A stretch of 64,000 bases of DNA, from positions 1,364,001 through 1,428,000 of the forward strand of contig OZ218959.1 of assembly GCA_965112735.1 (NCBI GenBank), read 5' to 3'. Below the pieces are notes generated by a model. That model was not told the origin of the DNA, did not search any database, and saw only the letters and a program-made list of their open reading frames with translations. Numbering within the stretch: position 1 is the stretch's first letter; every line of letters begins with the position of its first letter. Position numbers and translations under genes: made by a program. The DNA is from Phaeosaccion multiseriatum (Eukaryota; Protista; Ochrophyta, other classes). This document shows, in pieces, positions 49,570-60,318 of the stretch.

Positions 49570-52500
49570 ATGCTGGGTCCTCCTCGTCCTCAGCAGCAGG
49601 CCCAGCAGCGGCAGGCCCAGCTGCTGAAGTCCCCACCTCCTGCTGCGGGCCGTGGTGGCCCTGTTGGTGCTGGAAACTCCAAGTCCATGGCCATGGGCTC
49701 CCTCTTTGAGTTCCTCGCGCAACAAGCCGAAGAGGAGCAGCCGCAGCTCATCGGGAGGGGGGGTGCTTCCGCAGCAGCAGCAGCTACCGCGGCCGGCGGG
49801 AAGCTGGCAAGGTCTTGCCCGCCTGCCCTTCAGCAGCAGCAGCAGCGCAGGAAAAGTGCGACGCTTCCAGGTGCAGCAGACGCCCCAAATCGCTCGAGCG
49901 TTTCCATCACTCGTCGTGGTACAAATCCCAAGATTGGCAGTCGCGGCAGCAGGGCCTCCTTGCAGCGACTCACTTCCCAGGTTCAGGGAGGAGGCTCATC
50001 CACAGCAGAGGAAGCAGCAGCAGTAGTAGCAGCAGCAGCCGCAGCAGCAGCAGCAGGAGGAGGAGGAGGAGGAGGAGGAGGAGGGGGGGGGGGAGTAGAC
50101 GGCTCTTCGTGGACGTGCGTGGAGACGGTTCTGCACAACAGCAGAGTCCTTGGCCACACCGATTTGGTCATGAAGGAAGCGTTGGCTATGCTGCAGCAGA
50201 GAGATGCCCTGTACCCGGCGGTGGGCAGTGTGAGGCCGTGGGTCGACGGTGAGCGGAGTGCCGCGGGGAGGAGTATGTGGAAGGCCTCGTTGGTTGACGC
50301 CGCTGACGGAGAGGAGGAGCTCGGCGTGGAGCAGCGAGCAGAGGGGCTGCAAGAAAGGGAGGAGTGGCGTGAGGTGCGGCGGAGAGAAATATTGCACCAG
50401 GCAAGTCTCCCCAAGCTCAAGAACCGTGTGTCGCCGCAGCACCCCCGCTACGGCTACCACAGATGGCAGCAAAAGCGACAATATCAACAGGAGCACCCAA
50501 AGCCGCATAGTCATCAGCGGCAGCCGCATGGAGGGTATGGGTATGGCGGAGGAGACAGATTGAATCGAAGCCAACAATATCAGTACATCCGCCACCCATA
50601 CGAGTACTACCAGGATGGTGCAGCAGAGACGCAGAGGAGCGGTGAGGAGGGCAGCCTTGAGACTTTGGAGAAACTCGCGCGGTTGGGCGGGGGGGGGGGA
50701 GAGGAAGACCGATATTCATGGATAGACATTGCAGAAACGCTGCAGATGGGCGACGACAATACTAGTATCGCCACCACTATCACCTCTGCGATGGGCCTGA
50801 GCAGTGGAAGGAGGAGCGGGTCGCCTTTGTCCTCTTTGGAATCATCGCCGAGAAGCACTGAAGAAGGAGGAGAAGAAGAAGAGCAGGAAGGACCGCAACA
50901 AGCAGATGCTGAAGAAGACGAAGACGAAGATGGTCAAGAACAACAGCAACGAAGCGAAGGAGAAGGGAGAGAAAGAAGCGAAGTAGCAGAGGCAGAAGAA
51001 GTCGAAGGAGAAGGAGAAGGAGGAGGAGGAGGTGGTGGTGGTGGTGGTGGTGGTGGTGGTGGAGGAGGAGGAGGAGGAGGAAGAGGAGGAGGAGGAGTAG
51101 AAGGAGGAGGAGGAGGAGGAGGAGGCGGAGGAGGAGGAGGAGGAGGAGGAGGAGGAGGAGGAGGAGGAGGAGGAGGAGGAGGAGTGGGAAAAGGAGGAGT
51201 AGAAGGAGGAGGAGTGGGAGAAGGAGGAGTAGAAGGAGGAGGAGGAGGAGTGGGAGAAGGGGGCGAAGCAGCAGAAGCAGAAGCAGCACACCTGATGAAA
51301 GAGGCCTTGATGAAAGAGGCAGTCGAGTCCACCGTGGAGGCCCGATGTGACTTCTTCCGAAGGTTTCGGAAGATGAATCGCGTAGAGGAGGTATGTGTGC
51401 CCAGTCGCTTGCCCTTTCTCTTTCTCATTCTCTCTTTCTCTTGTTCTCGATCGCCCTCTCTCTATCCATCTCTTTATCCCTCTCGCTCTTTCTCTTTCCC
51501 GCTTTTTCGCTATCTTATCTCTCGTCCTCTCTGCCTGTCTCTCTCTCTCATGTCTCTCTCTCTCTTTCTTTCCGTCTTTCTCTCTCTCCCTCGCTTCTCT
51601 CCCTCTTACCCTATCCCCCGTCCCACCACACACACACACACACATAGGTAGTGGATGACGAGGAGTACTTGATCAGCGGCTCTCAGTCCCCTCGCTCTTG
51701 CTTTATCCGCCACTTGAAGGAGCAGGGCCTCCCACCTCAGCCCTCCATCCTTCGTAGCCCCGCTAAGCCACACCACCTTTGTCTAGAGCATCAGGGCCTC
51801 GGGGACAGGTGAGAGGGGGGGTCGTGGATGGCAGTGGATGGTTGTGGAGAGTGGTGGATGGTACTGGGAGGTTAAGATACCTACAAGCCACCCCACAAAG
51901 CCCCCGAGCCCACTCGGCATGAATGCATAACTGTATGTATGTGTGTGTGTGTGTGTGTGTGCGTGTGTGAGTGTGTGCGTGTGAGTGTTTGCCGCTGCCT
52001 CTTCTCTCCATATCGACCTCTACCCTTTCTCCCTCCCAACGTCCCCTACCTCCCTTCCTTACAGGGTGGGCAAGGCCCTCGCCCGAGTGCTCCAAGACCT
52101 GCCCATGCTTCAGTCACTCAACATCCGCGGCAACAGACTCACAGACGACAGCTTGTACAACATCGCCGTCGCTGTTGCCAAGATGGGCAGCCTCTGGCAG
52201 CTGGATTTATCCAACAACAAGGTCAGTAAGTCAGTTGGGGGGTGGGTGAGTAAGTGGGTCACCACACCACACCCCACCTCATCTCACCTCACCTCATCTC
52301 ACCTCACCTCCCTCTGCCCATCCCTCCACCACTTCCTTTGTCCCTCGCTCTCACCCTCTTCTTCCCCTCCTCCTTTCTCCTCCGTACTTACGTACCCTTA
52401 CGAATGGTCTGTTCCATATACCTCCATCTTGCTTCAGGTGGACGAGAGGGCATCCCTGGCCCTGCGCGAGTACATTGCCGAAGGGCACTGCAAGCTTCGC

Positions 52501-53325
52501 TCCCTCAGCCTCTGTGATGCAGATGTCGACGACGATGAATGCACACTCCTCATGGAAGCCATGGTCGACAATAAGAGCATCGAACGCCTCCTGCTCAGCC
52601 ACAACAAGATCGGAGAGAAGGAGACGTTTAACTACGTGCAGCCGGACTACGTGACTGGGGGAGAGGCCATCGGTACCATGCTGGAGAGCAACACCACACT
52701 CACACTGCTCGATGTGTCTTGGAACTGGTGAGTGAGGAGAAGAGAGTGAAGGAGGGAGGGAAGGGAGGGGATAAGGGTGGAAGGTGGGCGACAGGGAGAG
52801 CGACCCCCCCTCCCCCCCTCTTCTCTTCTCTCCCTCCCTCCCTCCCTCTACCTATCTATCTACCTAACTACCACCCTCCCTCTCTGCTCTCCCCTCCCCT
52901 CCCCCATCCCCCACCCCCCTCGCCCGCCCTCCTCCTCCTCCCTCCCCTCCCCTCCCCTCCCCTCCCCTCCCTCCCCTTCCCTCTCCCCCTCCCCCCGACC
53001 CTACCCACCCACACAACAGCATTCGCCAAGACAGCGCGGCTGCCCTCGGCAAGGCTCTCGCTGCTAATCAAACTCTCCTTGTCCTCAACCTCTCCAACAA
53101 CTCATTCTCCTGCGCGGGTTCTCAGTCCCTCGCCCACGCCATGCGCTTCAACGACGCTCTCCAACTTCTGGACCTCTCCTTCAATCGAGTCACCCCCAAG
53201 GCCTGTGTGGTGCTTGCCAATGCTCTGCTGGACAATGGAGGACTCACAGATTTACGCTTGGATCACAACTCCCTCGCACTCAACGGAGCAAAGGTATCTT
53301 ACGCGTATGCAACTGGTGTGCGCTC

Positions 53326-53360
<35 letters not shown>

Positions 53361-53977
53361 TGCCTGCCTGCCTGCCCATATACCTGCTTACCTGTATGCC
53401 TGTCTACATATCTGCCTGCATGTCCATATGCCTGTCTGTCTGGCTGTCTGCCTGTCTGGCTACGCGTGCCTGCCTACCTCCCTCCCTCCACTCAACCCCT
53501 CCCTTCCTCTCCTCAACCCCCACCCCCTCCCCCCCAAGGTGCTCTTCCAAGCCCTTCGACAACGCGCTACCGCCGGCAAACAGCTCATCATACACATGGA
53601 GAGCTGCGATATGAGTAACGAAGACACGTCCCTCTTCCAAACCAACAACCCTTCTGGCGCGTATAGCCTCAATCTCGCTGACCCATATGACTACTCACAG
53701 GTGGGTGTAGTATGTCAATGGGTGGGTGTAGTATGTCAATGGATGTGTGTGTGTGTGGGTATGTGTGTGTGTGGGTATGTGTGTGTGTGCGTGTGAGTGT
53801 GTGTGTGCGTGTGTGTGTGAGTGTGTGTGTGTGCATGTGCATGCGTGTGTGCGTGTGCGAATCAAGCCACCCCATACACCCCAATAGGGAGGGCGGGCGG
53901 GGTGAATCACCATCCACTGCCATCCTCTGCTTGACGGGTTGTGTGTTCTTCGCGAGGCATGGCTTTGCAAGTTGATG

Positions 53978-54009
<32 letters not shown>

Positions 54010-55044
54010 CACACACTCGACCCCACACACACACAGGCTCGGATGCTGCTGGCGATGGCGAACACACGCGCGGCTTCGAACTTCGTCGGTGACGTACAGT
54101 TTCGAGCCCCGGGCACGAAGCCGTGGCGGAAGCTTGTGCTCAGTCGGGGCTCCACACGGAGCAGCAGCGAGAGAGCGCAATGGAAGAGCGCCGCGAAGGC
54201 GTTGCTGAGGGATGTGTGGGTGAGCCCTCCTGCTGCTGCTGTATCACCAGCTGCTCTGGCTGCGGCGGCTACTGCGGCTGCGAAAGCGGCTGCGGCTGCG
54301 GCTGCGAGAGCTGCTGCCAGCCCTAGTGCCCCAGTAGACAGTGCTACGCAAGTAGGTGATACAGCAGGAGGAGGAGAAGCAGCAGCAGCAGCCGCCGCCG
54401 CCGCCGCAGCCGCAGAAGGAGGAGGAGCCAGACGGAGTAATAGCACTACTAGTATGGCCAGAAGAGGAAGTGCTAGCATTAGCGTGAGCAGCAAGGAGGG
54501 CGAGCAAGACCCCCCCCCACCCCCACTCGTGTGCCGGGAGCAGGTACGGGCCCTACTCAACGCGCTCACTCTCCATCCAGAGGAAGCTTACCTCCAGGCA
54601 GTTGTAGAGCGGTTCTGTGAGCGGCGAGCGACGGAGCTACGAGTGCAGGCCAGGCAAAAACAGCGGCTGGAGAAGCAGCTTCTCGCGGAGAAGCGGAGGA
54701 AGGAGAAGGAGGCGGCAAGGGTACGGCGAGAGGCCAAGAAGCAAGCGAGGGAGGAGCGGCGAAGAGCCAAGCTTGCGGCAGCGTTGTTGGGGTATGCTGA
54801 CGGAGGAGGAGGAGCAGCAGCAGGAGGCGGAGGAGGGATAAGTGAAGGTGGTGTTAGTGTTGGTGGCGATGGCAGTGGACAGATGTCATCCTCCATCGTG
54901 ACCGCATCTTCTACGACCATTGGCACCACCAGTAGCGGCATCGATGGAGGCGCCAGTGGGGGGGGCGTTCATGATGGCGACGACGACGACGATGATGATG
55001 ATGATGATGGTGATGGTGATGATGATGATGATGATGATGATGAG

Positions 55045-55075
<31 letters not shown>

Positions 55076-58000
55076 GAGGATGGGGCGAGGAGGAGGAGGA
55101 CGAGGATGACGACGAGGACGAGGTAGACTCGAGCGGTCGACGCATCGTTCCAGACGTTGGTGGAGCAGGAGAAGGAGCAGGAGGAGGAGGAGGAGGAGGA
55201 GGAGCAGGAGGAGGAGCAGGAGGAGGAGGGGAAGGATCAGCAGGAGCAGGGGATGACACAGACTCCGTCACTCGTCGGAGCAAACACAAGCACTATCACG
55301 TAACCGTGCAGAACGAGGGACAGGTGGTGGGGTATCTCTTCGAAGTCATGTTTCGAGTCGCAGATGTGGATGGGTCGGGTTTCATTGACTGCCGAGAGTT
55401 CACCTCCTTACTGCAAGGGATGGGGTATCACATCACGCTGGACGTGGCTCGACACTGTATCGCGGAGTACGACATTGATAAGTCGGGCACCATCGAGACG
55501 GAGGAATTCACTGACTTCATGATGAATGAGTATCTTGCCGCACCCCCGCAGAGCCCCGGGGTGGTGATGGAGGGGGGCAGGGAGTGGGAGGTGAGAGTTT
55601 GAGTGTGGGTTTGGAGTTTGGAGGGAGGGGACAGGGGGGGGAGGGAGGAGCGCGGAGGGAAGGAGAGAGGGACAGAAGATGAACGAGGGAGGGAGGGAGG
55701 GAGGGAGGGAGGGAGGGAGGGAGAGAGGGAGGGAGGGAGGGAGGGAGGGAGGGAGGGAGGGAGGGACGGAACCTTCGAAAGACTGAGGTGGAAGGCCGAA
55801 TTGCGCACCACAGTTGTCAAATCGCGGCTCTGAATCCCGTCCAACCTACGTAAAGCCTTCTCTTCCTCCCTCCCTCCCTCCCTCCCTCCCTCCCTCCCTC
55901 CCTCCCTCCCTCTCTCCCTCCCTCCCTCCCTCCCTCCCTCCCTCTCTCCCTCCCTCCCTCCCTCCCTCCCTCCCTCTCTCTCTCCCTCCCTCCCTCCCTC
56001 CCTCTCTTCCTCCCTCCCTCCCTCCCTCCCTCCCTCCCTCCCTCTCTCTCTCCCTCCCTCCCTCCCTCCCTCCCTCCCTCCCCCCCCCTACCCGCAGATG
56101 CCTGAGGCCGGCCACCTCCGCTTCACCTTCGAGGTCGAACCGAGCCAACCCGGAGCCGTCGAGATCGCCTCTGACCAGGCCGTCGAGGCTGTCATTAAGA
56201 ACATCTCTCTCACTGCCCAGACCGAACAGGAGAGACTGAGGATGTTTCAATTGGCGTGTGAGAACACAGACTTCTATATGACCTCTCTCAACGCGCAGTC
56301 CATCTTGCAGGAGGTAAGAAAGATGTGACGGGAAACACTTGCTGCTCCTCCTCCTCCCTTCCTCGCCCTTCTCCTCCCCTCTCCCTCCCCTCCCGGAGGC
56401 CGGAGGGTTCGCTTGAGCTTGACAATATATATATATATATATATACGCTTTCGTGTTGAGTGACTCCCACTCACTCTCTCTTACGATTCCTCTCTCACTA
56501 CGGTTTCACTTACTGCCTAACCACAACCGACCAATCAACCCACCACCCCTCCACCCACCCAATCAACCAACCCACACGCAACCCAACTGTTAACACCACC
56601 CCTCCACCCACCCAATCAACCAACCCACACACAACCCAACTGTTAACACCACCCCTCCACCCACCCAATCAACCAACCCACACGCAACCCAACTGTTAAC
56701 ACCACCCCTCCACCCACCCAATCAACAAACCCACACGCAACCCAACTGTTAACACCACCCCTCCACCCACCCAATCAACCAACCCACACACAACCCAACT
56801 GTTAACACCACCCCTCCACCCACCCAATCAACCAACCCACACACAACCCAACTGTTAACACCACCCCTCCACCCACCCAATCAACCAACCCACACACAAC
56901 CCAACTGTTAACACCACCCCTCCACCCACCCAATCAACCAACCCACACGCAACCCAACTGTTAACACCACCCCTCCACCCACCCAATCAACAAACCCACA
57001 CACAACCCAACTGTTAACACCCCCCCTCCACCCACCCAATCAACAAACCCACACGCAACCCAACTGCTAACACCACCCCTCCACCCACCCAATCAACAAA
57101 CCCACACGCAACCCAACTGTTAACACCACCCCTCCACCCACCCAATCAACAAACCCACACGCAACCCAACTGTTAACACCACCCCTCCACCCACCCAATC
57201 AACAAACCCACACGCAACCCAACTGTTAACACCACCCCTCCACCCACCCAATCGTCATAACCTATCTGTTACTGGCGTTGCTCTCTCTCTCCCTCCCTCT
57301 CCCTCCTCTCCTCTCCTCTCCTCTCCCCCTACAGTGGAACAACGGCCTTAACGTGTTGGACATCATGGAGCTGCTCCTCCCCCAACTGGCATCGGCCAGG
57401 AACGTCATTGCACTTATTGAGAACAACTTGGATTTCGCTCAAAAGCTGGAGCTCAGGAAGCGATTGGGGCAGGCGTGGATGCCGCTCATTGGGCTACCCA
57501 CGGGCTTCTACTCGCTTGATCTCTCCAATAGGGCGGATCGCACGGCAGCCAAGGTGGGGAGGGTATGTGGGTGGGGAGGGAGGGAGCGAGGGAGGGAGGC
57601 GGGAGGGAAAGGGAGGGAGGGAGGGAGGGAGGGAGGGAGGGAGGGAGGGAGGGAGGGAGGGAGGGAGGGAGGGAGGGAGGGAGGGAGGGAGGGAGGGAGG
57701 GAGGGAGGGAGGGAGGGAGGGAGGGAGGGAGGGAGGGAGGGAGGGAGGGAGGGAGGGAGGGAGGGAGGGAGGGAGGGAGGGAGGGAGGGAGGGAGGGAGG
57801 GAGGGAGGGAGGGAGGGAGGGAGGGAGGGAGGGAGGGAGGGAGGGAGGGAGGGAGGGAGGGAGGGAGGGAGGGAGGGAGGGAGGGAGGGAGGGAGGGAGG
57901 GAGGGAGGGAGGGAGGGAGGGAGGGAGGGAGGGAGGGAGGGAGGGAGGGAGGGAGGGAGGGAGGGAGGGAGGGAGGGAGGGAGGGAGGGAGGGAGGGAGG

Positions 58001-59685
58001 GAGGGAGGGAGGGAGGGAGGGAGGGAGGGAGGGAGGGAGGGAGGGAGGGAGGGAGGGAGGGAGGGAGGGAGGGAGGGAGGGAGGGAGGGAGGGAGGGAGG
58101 GAGGGAGGGAGGGAGGGAGGGAGGGAGGGAGGGAGGGAGGGAGGGAGGGAGGGAGGGAGGGAGGGAGGGAGGGAGGGAGGGAGGGAGGGAGGGAGGGAGG
58201 GAGGGAGGGAGGGAGGGAGGGAGGGAGGGAGGGAGGGAGGGAGGGAGGGAGGGAGGGAGGGAGGGAGGGAGGGAGGGAGGGAGGGAGGGAGGGAGGGAGG
58301 GAGGGAGGGAGGGAGGGAGGGAGGGAGGGAGGGAGGGAGGGAGGGAGGGAGGGAGGGAGGGAGGGAGGGAGGGAGGGAGGGAGGGAGGGAGGGAGGGAGG
58401 GAGGGAGGGAGGGAGGGAGGGAGGGAGGGAGGGAGGGAGGGAGGGAGGGAGGGAGGGAGGGAGGGAGGGAGGGAGGGAGGGAGGGAGGGAGGGAGGGAGG
58501 GAGGGAGGGAGGGAGGGAGGGAGGGAGGGAGGGAGGGAGGGAGGGAGGGAGGGAGGGAGGGAGGGAGGGAGGGAGGGAGGGAGGGAGGGAGGGAGGGAGG
58601 GAGGGAGGGAGGGAGGGAGGGAGGGAGGGAGGGAGGGAGGGAGGGAGGGAGGGAGGGAGGGAGGGAGGGAGGGAGGGAGGGAGGGAGGGAGGGAGGGAGG
58701 GAGGGAGGGAGGGAGGGAGGGAGGGAGGGAGGGAGGGAGGGAGGGAGGGAGGGAGGGAGGGAGGGAGGGAGGGAGGGAGGGAGGGAGGTGGGTCTCTTTG
58801 CAACTCACTCCCCACCGCCCCCCCCGCACCATCACGCGTATCACCACCACACTCACCACCGTCACCGGTGCCTGCTGTGGCACTACCTGCTGAACGTCCG
58901 CTCCCCCGCTTCTCCACCCCTCCCCCCTCCCCTTTCCTGCCTCTACCCAAGCGCCTCGCTATCATCTCTAACGCAGAGAGGGCTCTCCATGACACCGAGG
59001 ACCAGCAGGCCCCCTTCAAGAAGGACATTTCGCAGAAGGGCAATCGGGAGAACTTTCGCAGTGAAACGCTCAACGGAATGCCCCTCCGCCTTGACAACAA
59101 GTTCTTCATCCACCTGCCAGCCCAAGGTGAGTGAGGGGGGCGTGTGGTAGGACAAAGTAGTCACAGACGCTTGAGTTTGAGTTTTGGGTATCAGTTTGAG
59201 TTTTATACGCCCACACTCACTCACTCAATCACTCATCCGCAGGCAAGCTCCGTTTCGATTACACCTCCACCGTCCGCCGCCGGAGCTCCACCAAACCCAT
59301 GAGCGAGCGGCGCTTCTGCCAGGTACCGACAGCACCTGCCCAATTCCCTTCCTTCCTCTACCCATATGCCTGCCCATATGCCTGCCCATACGTCTGCCCA
59401 TATGCCTGCCCATGTGCCTCCTCATACGCCTACCTATATGCCTGCCCATGTTCCCGCTGGCCCATACGTCTGGCTGCCCATATGCCTGCCCGTACTCCTG
59501 CCCATACGCCTGCCCATATGCCTGCCAGTTGCTGGACAATCTCTGCCTGGAGGACCTGTACATGGCTGCCAAGGAGAAGCGCCACTTCGTCAACCAAGGA
59601 GTGCCCACAAGGAGGAGGCTTAGAGCGAACCTTCGGGCCACCAACACCGCGGAGGATAAGAAGGTCAGGGCCGCGATGCGGTGGG

Positions 59686-59716
<31 letters not shown>

Positions 59717-60273
59717 ACACACGCACACACACACACACACACATACACACACACACACACACGCATTCACACACACTCTCCCTCCCTTTGTGTCTAAACC
59801 TTTCTCTGTCTTGTGAATGTCTTGTCACTGGGTCTCTCTTGGGCGCACATGCTCTCTCTTAGCCAATCATAGATGGCACTTAAGGGTGTAATATTTATTG
59901 TTCTCTCTTTCTCTCTCTTTAACCTCCTTCTCCCTCTCTTCCTCTCCCCCCCCCCCCCCCCCTCCCCACCTTTTTTCTCTTCGTTCCCTTCCTCCCCTAT
60001 TAATCCACTCCCCTCATCACCACCACACCAGGCTGCCCAAGAACTGCTGGAGGTACGGCGGCAGATGCAATTGGGTACCATCGTGCCCATCCCTACAGAC
60101 CAAGTCCTCGCCTACCACAATGACTTTGATATCACATCCAAGGATATGCGGCGAAGGGCTTGGGAGAAGGCCGAACTCGGCAGAGTGGTGACTCCGGAGG
60201 AGAAGATCCTCACCCGACAAGAGGTGTGTATGTGTGTGTGTGTGTGTGTGTGTTGTGTGTGTGTGTGTGTGTA

Positions 60274-60318
<45 letters not shown>

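Noticed and set aside
56543-57252. Regular repeats here and at 30548-30945 and 19569-19822 resembling CRISPR arrays
   Set aside because: Head-to-tail units with no unique spacers, no cas genes, and a eukaryotic intronic context.
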